Assembly (NCBI GenBank): GCA_040385565.1
Contig: JAZKHD010000010.1
Coordinates: 33,075 to 97,074, forward strand
Reading direction: 5' to 3'
DNA from: Bacteroidota bacterium
GTDB taxonomy: Bacteria; Bacteroidota; Bacteroidia; Sphingobacteriales; Sphingobacteriaceae
Length of the DNA stretch: 64,000 nt
The position numbers were made by a program, and so were the translations under genes. This document shows positions 8,050 through 16,915 of the stretch, piece by piece. Within the stretch, counting starts at the first letter, position 1. Every line of letters starts with the position of its first letter. The notes beneath the pieces were generated by a model. The model was not told the origin of the DNA. It saw nothing but the letters and a program-made list of their open reading frames with translations, and did not search any database.

Positions 8050-9111
8050 ATGGCCAAAAGAATTCTGATACCGAACGGCAGGGAAATGTTTAGGATTAAC
8101 CTGAAATATGGCGGTATCGGAATTTTGATAGGGTTAATTATAAATGCCTTCGTTTACATCACCGGGTCAGGGCTGCAATTGAGATATTTTATTTACAATA
8201 TCTCCTTTGCATTTTTTATTACACTGAGTGTAAGTAATATAGTAGCCCTGTTTCAGTACAATTTTTTTGCCTTCCAGTCCCGTTTTTGGAAATATGTAGC
8301 TGGGTATTATATATGTAATTTGGTAGGTATGGCAATAGGTACAGAACTTTCGTATATGGTCGTTTCGCTGGTTTTTAACCTTAAAATGAATATTGCGCTG
8401 CATTTTAGCGATTATAAATTTAACAGTTTGCTGGTGCTGCTCATTGGAACAATCATGTTGCTGATGCACATGCAAAAAATGAATTCATCAGCAGTTATAG
8501 CCGCAAAGGAGAACGACCTTGCAAAGGCAAAACAACTCAATATGGCTATTGAGCTGCAAGCCCTTCAGTCGAAAATCAATCCGCATTTTTTGTACAACGC
8601 GTTAAATTCTATTGTAAGCCTAATACATGAGGATCCTTATAAAGCAGAAGATATGACGATGAAGCTCTCGAAGCTATTTCGTTACAGCATCAATTCTATG
8701 CAGGAAAACCTTCACCCGCTATTGGAAGAACTGGAGATTTTGAAAACCTATCTTGATATAGAAAAGGTGAGATTTGGTAACCGAATGAACTTTGACATTG
8801 TTGTTGGAGATGAACTTGGTGCTATTCCTGTTCCACGGTTTCTTATACAGCCGCTGGTAGAAAATTCAATAAAGCACGGCCTGAAGAACAAGGTTTCAGA
8901 TGCGCAGATCAAAGTTGATATTAGTATAAAAGATGGTCAGCTGGCGATTTCGGTTGGAGATAACGGATTGCCATTTCCGGATAATATGCAAATTGGCTAT
9001 GGACTTCAAAGCACTTATGATAAGCTGAAATTACTATATGGCGAAAATTATCAATTACAATTTATTAACGAGCCAAAGCAAATACTTATTTTGATCCCTG
9101 CGAACCTATGA
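8050..9111 (+). CDS. LytS/YehU-type sensor histidine kinase
   Basis: 353-aa ORF with several N-terminal TM helices, followed by the INPHFLYNALNSI motif of the His_kinase (LytS) domain and an ATPase domain (GYGLQS). Confidence 0.85.
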   Translation: MAKRILIPNGREMFRINLKYGGIGILIGLIINAFVYITGSGLQLRYFIYNISFAFFITLSVSNIVALFQYNFFAFQSRFWKYVAGYYICNLVGMAIGTELSYMVVSLVFNLKMNIALHFSDYKFNSLLVLLIGTIMLLMHMQKMNSSAVIAAKENDLAKAKQLNMAIELQALQSKINPHFLYNALNSIVSLIHEDPYKAEDMTMKLSKLFRYSINSMQENLHPLLEELEILKTYLDIEKVRFGNRMNFDIVVGDELGAIPVPRFLIQPLVENSIKHGLKNKVSDAQIKVDISIKDGQLAISVGDNGLPFPDNMQIGYGLQSTYDKLKLLYGENYQLQFINEPKQILILIPANL

Positions 9112-9857
9112 TAACCTGGAGCACCTTAATTATTGATGATGAACCTTTGGCCCGGCAACGCCTTAAGCGGCTTCTGAACCATTATGACGAGTTGGAAATT
9201 ATTGGTGAAGCAGAAAATGGCCAACAGGGGCTCGAGATGATCCATGCTCTTAAACCCAAGCTTATTTTTCTGGATATCGAAATGCCGGTGTTAAATGGTT
9301 TCGAGATGCTTGCCCAATTGAAAACAGAAGTGAAAGTTGTGTTTACAACCGCTTACGATCAATATGCCATTAAGGCCTTTGAGGAAGGGTCACTAGATTA
9401 TCTGCTGAAACCGATTGAAACCGAACGGCTCGATAAAACCATTAAAAAGCTTCAAGCCAGTCATTTTGAGCCACAATCAATTGCATTGGAAACACTTCTG
9501 CAAAAGCTACAGCCAAAAACAGTTCTAAAAACCATTACCGTTAAAATTGGCGACCGCATCTTATTGGTCAAGCTATCTGATTTATCACACATCACGGCCG
9601 AAGAGAAATATGTGTTCTTACATACGCTGGACAATAAAAAGCACTTAACGGATTTTACCCTTTCAATTTTAGAGGAAAGGCTTCCCGAAGAATTTGTGCG
9701 AGTCCATAGAGGCGCATTGATCAACACCGATCATATTAAAGAGATTAGAAAAGGATTTAATGGCGCTTTTGTATTTGTGCTTGCAGACCTTGCAGAAACC
9801 AGAATTACATCGAGCAGATCAAACGGGGAAGCGCTAAAAGTTAGGTTCGATATCTGA
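9108..9857 (+). CDS. LytTR-family response regulator
   Basis: 249-aa ORF with a receiver domain (LIIDDEPLAR, FLDIEMPVLNG) and a C-terminal LytTR-type DNA-binding region (FVRVHRGALINTDHI). ATGA start/stop overlap with the kinase. Confidence 0.85.
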   Translation: MITWSTLIIDDEPLARQRLKRLLNHYDELEIIGEAENGQQGLEMIHALKPKLIFLDIEMPVLNGFEMLAQLKTEVKVVFTTAYDQYAIKAFEEGSLDYLLKPIETERLDKTIKKLQASHFEPQSIALETLLQKLQPKTVLKTITVKIGDRILLVKLSDLSHITAEEKYVFLHTLDNKKHLTDFTLSILEERLPEEFVRVHRGALINTDHIKEIRKGFNGAFVFVLADLAETRITSSRSNGEALKVRFDI

Positions 9858-9905
9858 AGTGCCAAGGATGAACGCTTCGTTTCTCGCAATGGCGGGAGGT
9901 AGTAA

Positions 9906-10418
9906 CTATTTTGTTGTAAGTATTTTCTCGTAAGCCCTCCTTGCGTTACCCCTGAAGAAAACTTCCCCACAGTAAAGGTATCCGAGCTTGTCGAAAATAT
10001 TCATCATCGCAGGGTTGTCGAAGTTAGTATCCGCTTTAATAGAATAAATATTTTCCTTAATGGCATGTTCCTCGATATTAAGCATGATTTCCCTGGCCAA
10101 ACCTTTGCCTAAATAATTTGACGCAATGGCCACCCGATGAACGGCAATGAAATCTCCATCACTAAGCCATGTTCCTTCAATATCTTTGTAAGCAGGTTCG
10201 TCATTTACAAATATTGCACAATATCCAACAATGAGCGCAGCATCTTCCAGTACAAAACCGGCTTGCTGATAAATGTCTTTTATAACCAAATCAGGATTTG
10301 GATAGCCATCCTGCCATTGCTGGCTACCATCTAGTTTTCGTCTGAGGATTGCCGCTTGCAAAATTTCCCATATCTGATCATGATCCGCAATGGTTGCTTT
10401 TCTAAAGGTGTGGGCCAT
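9906..10418 (-). CDS. GNAT-family N-acetyltransferase
   Basis: 170-aa ORF. HRVAIASNYLGKGLAREIM is the acetyl-CoA-binding motif A region of GNAT enzymes. Confidence 0.75.
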   Translation of the reverse strand: MAHTFRKATIADHDQIWEILQAAILRRKLDGSQQWQDGYPNPDLVIKDIYQQAGFVLEDAALIVGYCAIFVNDEPAYKDIEGTWLSDGDFIAVHRVAIASNYLGKGLAREIMLNIEEHAIKENIYSIKADTNFDNPAMMNIFDKLGYLYCGEVFFRGNARRAYEKILTTK

Positions 10419-10651
10419 GTTTGAAAAATGTTATTGGGTAGAAAATCAAATGTAAAAAAATCCGATGATGCTTTGTTTTAAAAATACCACAACTGACTAG
10501 AATACTCTATTCATCAAAGGAGTTTGATAATGAGGTGCTTATAAAACCGTATGGTAGTTGATCTCGTTAATTGATATAACTACGCAGTGATGCATAGCTA
10601 ACAGGGGAAGCAGAAAACCTTAAAGAGTATGCAAACACTAATATAAATGTT

Positions 10652-10870
10652 ATGAAACTTCAAGAATTAAATCAAGAGGAATTAAACGCGGTAAATGGTG
10701 GTAGTGATTCAGCTACAAATAGCGGAATTGCAGGAGTTGTTGGAATTGGAAACTTGTTTTCAAGCTCATCTTACTCAAAAGACGGTGATGAAGAAAGTGC
10801 ATCGCACACTTCCATCGGAAATGGAATAAACGCCGACTTGGGTGCTTTGTTCAACAGTTTTAAAGACTAG
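10652..10870 (+). CDS. double-glycine-leader peptide precursor (bacteriocin/pheromone-type leader)
   Basis: 72-aa ORF. The N-terminus MKLQELNQEELNAVNGG matches the GG-leader pattern. The core is 55 aa, rich in Gly/Ser/acidic residues and free of Cys. A strong terminator follows. Confidence 0.6.
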   Translation: MKLQELNQEELNAVNGGSDSATNSGIAGVVGIGNLFSSSSYSKDGDEESASHTSIGNGINADLGALFNSFKD

Positions 10871-10894
10871 TCCGCAAGGACATTCTAAAACATA

Positions 10895-10929
10895 AAAAAG
10901 GAGTTGCTTTAGTTAGCAACTCCTTTTTT
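10895..10929. terminator. bidirectional Rho-independent terminator
   Basis: aaaaaggagttgc-tttagtt-agcaactccttttt hairpin flanked by an A-run and a T-run, between convergent genes 10652-10870 (+) and 10950-12140 (-). Confidence 0.8.
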
Positions 10930-10949
10930 ATTTAATGCGCTCTTGTGTA

Positions 10950-12140
10950 TTAATCCCTGGCTAGCATCGTAAAGGTGAATGTAGTTCCGCTTAGATTTGA
11001 AATAACCTCTATTTTTCCACTGTGCGCCCTGGCTATCTCTGCTGATATGAATAATCCTAAGCCCAATCCCTCATCGTGTCCGGCTGATTTTGCTCGTACA
11101 AAGGGTTCAAACAAATGCTTCATAGTTTCTTTTGGAATAGGAGAACCGCTATTTTTTATGCTAAGGGTAAAATTCTTATTCTCGTCATTCGCTTTGACAA
11201 CCACGGGAGCATCCTTATCGCCATGGTTTAATGCATTAGCGAGTAAGTTAGAAAAAAGCTGCCCAATCCTTTTGCCGTCACAATTGACTTTCTCTTTCAA
11301 TTCTATTTCAGTTTGAATCATTCGATTTGGCCAAATCAGTTTCAATTCTTCTATTACGTGATTTAGAACCAAATCCAGGTTTTGGGGTTCGATACTGGCA
11401 AATATTCCGGCACCCAATCTGCCCCTGGCAAAATCCATAACATTATCAATCAATCCGCTCATTCTGTGAGAAGAATTCATCAAAACAGATGACAAGCGTA
11501 GTATTGTACCATCGTCTAACTTGCCCCGTTGCATGAGTTGTGCAGCATTTCTAACTGCGCCTACCGGATTGCGAAGATCGTGACCCAGAACTGCAATAAA
11601 TTGCTCACGCAATTCGGCAATTTCTTTTTCCCGTTTAAGGTTTAATTCTGTCTTCTGTAACTGATCTGCAGTACTGAGGTGGAAAGCCAGCAATTCCGCA
11701 TAGAACTTAAACATTGCTATGGTTTCCTTGGTATTGACCAAATTTGGCTTTGGATCTATTGCGCATAATGTGCCGAAAAATTCACCATTCCTCAATATCA
11801 GCGGCACTGATATGTAGCTCTGTAAGCCATACAGCATTGGAGTATGGTGATTTCTGAATTGTTCGTCTTCCAAGGCATTATCGAATGCAACAGCCTGGCC
11901 ATGTTTGCTGATTTCATGGCAGATGGTGGTCTCTAATTTTAGTTCTCCACCAGGTTTGAGGCCGAAATTGATTTTGTCTTCAATTGCACAGGCGATCCAG
12001 CGGTCATCGGTAACCCTTGCAACTGCTGCAAAGCCCATCCCTGTAGTTTGACAAATCATGTCTAGCATTTCAGGCAAAACTGCTATTTTACTTATCGCGT
12101 CAATATCGTCCTGAAAATTTTGTTCAAGCTTTGTATTCAT
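10950..12140 (-). CDS. cytoplasmic GAF-domain sensor histidine kinase
   Basis: 396-aa ORF with no TM segment. It has an N-terminal GAF-like region, a HisKA H-box (VLGHDLRNP) and an HATPase_c G-box (GLGLGLFISAEIARAHSG). No cognate regulator is adjacent. Confidence 0.8.
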   Translation of the reverse strand: MNTKLEQNFQDDIDAISKIAVLPEMLDMICQTTGMGFAAVARVTDDRWIACAIEDKINFGLKPGGELKLETTICHEISKHGQAVAFDNALEDEQFRNHHTPMLYGLQSYISVPLILRNGEFFGTLCAIDPKPNLVNTKETIAMFKFYAELLAFHLSTADQLQKTELNLKREKEIAELREQFIAVLGHDLRNPVGAVRNAAQLMQRGKLDDGTILRLSSVLMNSSHRMSGLIDNVMDFARGRLGAGIFASIEPQNLDLVLNHVIEELKLIWPNRMIQTEIELKEKVNCDGKRIGQLFSNLLANALNHGDKDAPVVVKANDENKNFTLSIKNSGSPIPKETMKHLFEPFVRAKSAGHDEGLGLGLFISAEIARAHSGKIEVISNLSGTTFTFTMLARD

Positions 12141-12402
12141 AATTCTTAGGCTGCACGAACTTATGGTATTATTTAAAAATATGGATTTGTGCTATAAAAA
12201 CATTACAAAATATATTCAAATCTTCAACTGCTGACCAACTGGCGGCTATATAATTATCGGAGAATAAGGCATTATTGTTAATGTTTTCTGAAAAATTGGA
12301 GGCAAAATGGCGCTAAAACCATATATTTTATGGAAAAACATGGTAAGGTTGATGATTTATTTATTTGTGTGGATATTTGATGCATCTTAAACCCGGAATT
12401 AT

Positions 12403-13560
12403 ATGGATCAGCCTGTTTACTTAGATAATGCCGCAACTACTGAATTGAGCAAGGAAGTTTTGGAAGCAATGATTCCTTATATGACCGGGCATTTTGGTAA
12501 TCCTTCATCGACCTATTCTTTGGGAAGAACAACCCGTTCAGCAGTAGAAAACGCACGGAAAACAGTTGGGAGGATTCTTGGCGTAAAACCTTCAACATTA
12601 TTTTTTACAAGCGGTGGGACGGAAAGTAACAATACAGCGATCGCAGCTGCGGTAAACGAGTTGGGCTGTACACACATCATCACCTCTGCCATAGAACATC
12701 ATGCGGTATTGCATACAGTTGCGCACTATAGTAAGGTTAGGAAAGTTGATTATTCTTGTGTGAAATTATCTGAGCATGGCGAGGTAGATTATAGGGATTT
12801 GGAAGAACAGCTTGCTATGAAAAGTAGAGAAGGGAAGAAGTGCCTGGTTTCACTAATGCATGCAAACAATGAAATAGGCAGCCTGCTTGATATTACGCTT
12901 GTTGGTAAGCTTGCCCGTAAGTATGAAGCGTTGTTTCATTCAGATTGCGTTCAAACAATTGGGCATTACCCGATCGACCTCATAGCTGCCGGGGTACATT
13001 TTGTATCGGCCGCCGGTCACAAATTTCATGGCCCAAAGGGTACAGGCCTGTTATATGTAAGCCAAGATGTTAAAGCCTATCCATTAATTTTTGGGGGCGG
13101 GCAGGAACGTAATGTTCGTGCTGGGACTGAAAATGTTTATGGAATAATCGGGTTTGCAAAAGCGCTTGAACTTGCTACCGCAGATTTTGAGAAAGATAGT
13201 AAGTATATTGCTGATATTAATCAGCTTATGAGGACGCTATTGAAGTCGGCAATACCTGGTATTACTTTCAATAATCCATTGAACTCCTTATATACTGTTT
13301 TGAGTGTTTGTTTTCCGGAACATGAAATGAGTGACATGTTGGTTACCTTTTTTGATATGAAGGGGATATGCGTTTCGGGCGGTAGTGCCTGCAGCAGCGG
13401 AGAAGATGCAGGATCGCATGTTATGAAAGCATTAAACAAAATCAACGGTTGTTCTACCATACGGTTCTCCTTCAGTAAGCATACCACAAAAGAGGATTTA
13501 TTGAAAGCGGTGGAAGTTGCTGCTTCAATTTTCGTAAAAAAGGACATTTCAGTTAGCTAA
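12403..13560 (+). CDS. cysteine desulfurase (NifS/IscS-like, class V aminotransferase)
   Basis: 385-aa ORF with SGGTESNN, the PLP-lysine context SAAGHKFHGPKGTG, and the active-site Cys loop SGGSACSSG. Confidence 0.85.
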   Translation: MDQPVYLDNAATTELSKEVLEAMIPYMTGHFGNPSSTYSLGRTTRSAVENARKTVGRILGVKPSTLFFTSGGTESNNTAIAAAVNELGCTHIITSAIEHHAVLHTVAHYSKVRKVDYSCVKLSEHGEVDYRDLEEQLAMKSREGKKCLVSLMHANNEIGSLLDITLVGKLARKYEALFHSDCVQTIGHYPIDLIAAGVHFVSAAGHKFHGPKGTGLLYVSQDVKAYPLIFGGGQERNVRAGTENVYGIIGFAKALELATADFEKDSKYIADINQLMRTLLKSAIPGITFNNPLNSLYTVLSVCFPEHEMSDMLVTFFDMKGICVSGGSACSSGEDAGSHVMKALNKINGCSTIRFSFSKHTTKEDLLKAVEVAASIFVKKDISVS

Positions 13561-13570
13561 TGGTTTTTGC

Positions 13571-14377
13571 ATGGAAGTTATAGGATACATCGCTTGTGCA
13601 TTGATTGGTATATCGTTAGGTGTCATTGGTGCTGGCGGGAGTATTTTGACAGTGCCGGTTTTGGTATTTGTTTTTCATGTACCACCAGTGATGGCTACAT
13701 CGTATTCGCTTTTTGTGGTGGGTGTAACAAGCCTGTTTTCGGCAGCGGGTAAATTCCGGAAAGGAGATGTCCTTTTAGGCCCGGCAATTACTTTTGGCCT
13801 TACTTCCATGGCAATAGTACTGTTAATACGGCACTATATTATTCCACACATGCCAAAATACCTAGGTACCCTTGGTAATGCATCATTTAGCTATGATTTG
13901 TTGTGTATGTTACTTTTCTCTGGCCTGATGATAGTGGCGGCATTTTTTATGATCAATAAAAACGGAAGAGATTGTGATACGCATGGTGGCGGTTCAAGAG
14001 ACCTATTAAAGGTTATCCCATATGCTTTGATGGTTGGGGTAGTAACCGGGTTTCTTGGAGCGGGCGGTGGTTTTTTAATAATACCGGTGATGACTTTGCT
14101 TTTGGGGATAGACATGAAAAAGGCCGTGGGCACATCCCTCGCTGTTGTAGCACTAAACTCTCTTTCGGGTTTTGCCAACGACGTTAATCATATCACTATA
14201 GACTGGGAATTTTTATTGATTATAACCCTGATAGCGCTAATTGGCAGTATTTCGGGGGCATTCATTGCCGGCCGCATTAACGCAAAAAAGCTTAAAGGTT
14301 ATTTTGGCTGGTTTGTACTTGGCCTGGGAGTAATCATATTCACTGCTGAGTGCTACACATTTTTGAAATTTGTTTAA
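13571..14377 (+). CDS. TauE/SafE-family sulfite/anion exporter
   Basis: 268-aa polytopic membrane ORF with duplicated GAGGS/GAGGGF motifs (GVIGAGGSILTVP, GFLGAGGGFLIIP) typical of TauE/SafE. Confidence 0.75.
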   Translation: MEVIGYIACALIGISLGVIGAGGSILTVPVLVFVFHVPPVMATSYSLFVVGVTSLFSAAGKFRKGDVLLGPAITFGLTSMAIVLLIRHYIIPHMPKYLGTLGNASFSYDLLCMLLFSGLMIVAAFFMINKNGRDCDTHGGGSRDLLKVIPYALMVGVVTGFLGAGGGFLIIPVMTLLLGIDMKKAVGTSLAVVALNSLSGFANDVNHITIDWEFLLIITLIALIGSISGAFIAGRINAKKLKGYFGWFVLGLGVIIFTAECYTFLKFV

Positions 14378-14395
14378 TTATTTGAACCTAACATT

Positions 14396-15766
14396 ATGAC
14401 AATAGAGCAATTGTATACCGGATGCCTTGCACAAGGTGCTTATTTTATTGAAAGCGATGGAGAAGCTGCCGTTATAGATCCCCTTAGGGAAATTAGCACC
14501 TACACAAAGCTTGCAAAGCAGTCAGGATCGAAAATAAAATACATTTTTGAAACTCACTTTCACGCAGATTTTGTTAGTGGTCACATCGAACTAGCGCAGG
14601 CTTCAGGTGCAACAATTGTGTACGGACCGAGTGCCGTTACGGGTTTTAGTGCTTATATAGGCGCTGACAATGAAATTTTCACGGTAGGGAAGTTAAGCGT
14701 TAGGTTAATTCATACACCAGGACATACCTTAGAAAGCTGCTGTTACCTTGTGTCTGATGAAGATGGTAAGCAGCTTGCTATTTTTACCGGAGACACTTTA
14801 TTTATTGGCGATGTGGGCAGACCCGACCTGGCACAGCAACCCGTAGCAGGTTTGTCTCAGGACGATTTGGCCGGGATGCTTTATGATTCTCTAAGAAATC
14901 GTATTATGCCTCTGGCAGATGATGTTATGGTTTACCCTGCACATGGGGCGGGTAGCGCATGTGGTAAGAACATGAGTAAAGAAACATCGGATACATTGGG
15001 GAACCAGAAGCTGAGCAATTATGCACTCGATCTCAATCTCAGTCGCACAGCATTTATTGAAGAACTAACAACTGGGTTGAAACCCGCACCTGCCTATTTT
15101 CCAATGAATGTTAAATTGAACAGTCAGGGTTATGATGATCTTGCTTCTATTTTTGAAAAAAGTCTGAGACCATTAAATGCCACAATGGTTGAACAGGAAT
15201 TGAAAAAAGAACATGTTATGATTCTTGATACACGTGCGCCCACAGCGTTCGCGATATCACATATTCCCGGTGCAATCAATATAGGGTTAAATGGATCATT
15301 CGCTCCATGGGTAGGTGCATTATTACCATATGAAAACGTTGAAATTATAATAGTTACCGGGAAAGATCAGGAGAAGGAAACCTTAATAAGATTGGCCAGG
15401 GTAGGATTTGAAAATGTAATAGGTTATTTGGAAGGTGGAATGGATAGCTGGACACAGGCAGGAAAAAAGAGTTCAGCAGTGGCAAGTATATCGGCAGCAG
15501 ATTTTAATAAACTGGATAAAGAGAAGATCAACATAATTGATGTCCGAAACGACACAGAATATGCCGGTAGTCATCTCGATGGTAGTTTACATTACCCTCT
15601 TGCAGATTTTAAAACACTAAAGGACCTGCCTGAAAGTGGCCAGGATTATTACGTTTTTTGTGCAGGTGGTTATCGCTCCATGATTTTTATCTCTTTACTG
15701 AAATCTTACATGGACATCAATTTAATAAACGTTGATGGCGGTTATGGGGCAATCAAAGCTTTATAG
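14396..15766 (+). CDS. MBL-fold hydrolase fused to two rhodanese domains (persulfide-dioxygenase-like)
   Basis: 456-aa ORF. The N-terminal metallo-beta-lactamase metal motif is ETHFHADFVSGH. Two rhodanese-like domains follow, the second with the active-site loop CAGGYRS. Confidence 0.75.
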   Translation: MTIEQLYTGCLAQGAYFIESDGEAAVIDPLREISTYTKLAKQSGSKIKYIFETHFHADFVSGHIELAQASGATIVYGPSAVTGFSAYIGADNEIFTVGKLSVRLIHTPGHTLESCCYLVSDEDGKQLAIFTGDTLFIGDVGRPDLAQQPVAGLSQDDLAGMLYDSLRNRIMPLADDVMVYPAHGAGSACGKNMSKETSDTLGNQKLSNYALDLNLSRTAFIEELTTGLKPAPAYFPMNVKLNSQGYDDLASIFEKSLRPLNATMVEQELKKEHVMILDTRAPTAFAISHIPGAINIGLNGSFAPWVGALLPYENVEIIIVTGKDQEKETLIRLARVGFENVIGYLEGGMDSWTQAGKKSSAVASISAADFNKLDKEKINIIDVRNDTEYAGSHLDGSLHYPLADFKTLKDLPESGQDYYVFCAGGYRSMIFISLLKSYMDINLINVDGGYGAIKAL

Positions 15767-15775
15767 CATTTCATT

Positions 15776-16237
15776 TTAAAGCGGATAAGACGTATCACTC
15801 TTTGCTTCTGACAGTACGAAAAAGCTTTGCACTGTTGTAATGTTTGGTAGCTTGGCAAGCTTGTGTCTATAGAAATCGTGATAAGATTCTATGTCGGAAG
15901 TTGCTATTCTGAGCAAAAAATCGAAGTTACCGCTCATTTGGTAGCATTCCATGACTTCCGGAAATTTCGCAACTTCAGTCTCGAAGAGATCCAAAGTACC
16001 TGCTGCATGGTCATTAAGTAAAACCTGACTGAAAGCAATTAATCCTCTGTCGATCTTTTTTCTATCCAAAATAGCTACAGTCCGTAAAATATACCCGTTT
16101 TCTGTAAGGCGTCTAATACGCTCGTAAATGGTTGCAGTGGACTTAAGCAATTTGCTTGAAATCTGCTTATTGGTGAGCAGGGCATTCTTTTGTAAAAGTT
16201 TCAAAATTTCCCGGTCTGTAGGATCAAGTTGGCTCAT
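15776..16237 (-). CDS. Lrp/AsnC-family transcriptional regulator
   Basis: ORF 15776-16291. I chose the start at Met19 (MSQLDPTDREILKLLQ), the usual Lrp N-terminus. It has an HTH plus a C-terminal ligand-binding domain (GNFDFLLRI). Confidence 0.8.
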   Translation of the reverse strand: MSQLDPTDREILKLLQKNALLTNKQISSKLLKSTATIYERIRRLTENGYILRTVAILDRKKIDRGLIAFSQVLLNDHAAGTLDLFETEVAKFPEVMECYQMSGNFDFLLRIATSDIESYHDFYRHKLAKLPNITTVQSFFVLSEAKSDTSYPL

Positions 16238-16461
16238 GGTTACATTCAGTTTTAATGTGAATTGCTGGTGTGAGGATCGCGGCCGATGCACGGCTAACTA
16301 TAAAATTATCGGTTTTACCTGACAATGCACGTATTTATCATAAAATTGATCAATAATTCTACGATTATCCGAAAAATATACGGAATTAAGGGTGTCTCAT
16401 TGACATAAGTATGTTCGTTATGGAACTTTACTAAAATTAGTAATTGAAACAACTGAACCAC

Positions 16462-16908
16462 ATGAAGAAATTATTCTTAGTAGTATTTGTGCTTGTTTTT
16501 GCGCTGAGTGCAAAAAGTCAAATACTTAAACCGGTAACATGGGCATATGCTTTTAAAAAGCTCAGTGCTACAGAAGCAATAGTATATGTTAAAGCCACAA
16601 TTGATAATGGCTGGCATGTTTATTCTCAAAATATTAAAGAAGGCGGACCAGTAAAGACAACTTTCAACTTCGCTAAGTCGCCTAACTATACTTTAATAGG
16701 TAACACTGCAGAACCTAAGCCAATTGTAAAGTTTGAAAAGACATTTGATATGGATGTTGCTTTTTTTGAAAAGACTGTGATGTTTTCTCAAAAAATCAAA
16801 TTGAAAGGTAAAACAGCTCTAGTTAAGGGTACTGTAGAATTCATGACCTGTGATGACCACCAGTGTTTGCCGCCAGAAGAGGTTGCATTTGCTATTTCCG
16901 TTAAGTAA
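16462..16908 (+). CDS. stand-alone DsbD N-terminal (alpha) domain protein
   Basis: The ATG at 16462 gives MKKLFLVVFVLVFALSAKSQ (signal peptide). The C-terminal FMTCDDHQCLPPEE motif is typical of the DsbD-alpha/DsbC-N fold in Bacteroidota. Confidence 0.6.
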   Translation: MKKLFLVVFVLVFALSAKSQILKPVTWAYAFKKLSATEAIVYVKATIDNGWHVYSQNIKEGGPVKTTFNFAKSPNYTLIGNTAEPKPIVKFEKTFDMDVAFFEKTVMFSQKIKLKGKTALVKGTVEFMTCDDHQCLPPEEVAFAISVK

Positions 16909-16915
16909 TCTACCG

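Noticed and set aside
10513-10528. A palindrome, ATCAAA-GGAG-TTTGAT, about 125 nt upstream of the GG-leader peptide gene, considered as a possible regulator site.
   Set aside because: LytTR regulators normally bind direct rather than inverted repeats. A 6-bp-arm palindrome can arise by chance, and no second copy was seen.
12307-12390. A 27-codon hydrophobic upstream ORF (MALKPYILWKNMVRLMIYLFVWIFDAS) ending 12 nt before the cysteine desulfurase start, considered as a possible leader peptide.
   Set aside because: It contains no Cys or Met-rich sensing codons and no associated terminator/antiterminator structure. Conservation cannot be judged from one sequence, so it is too weak to report as a feature.
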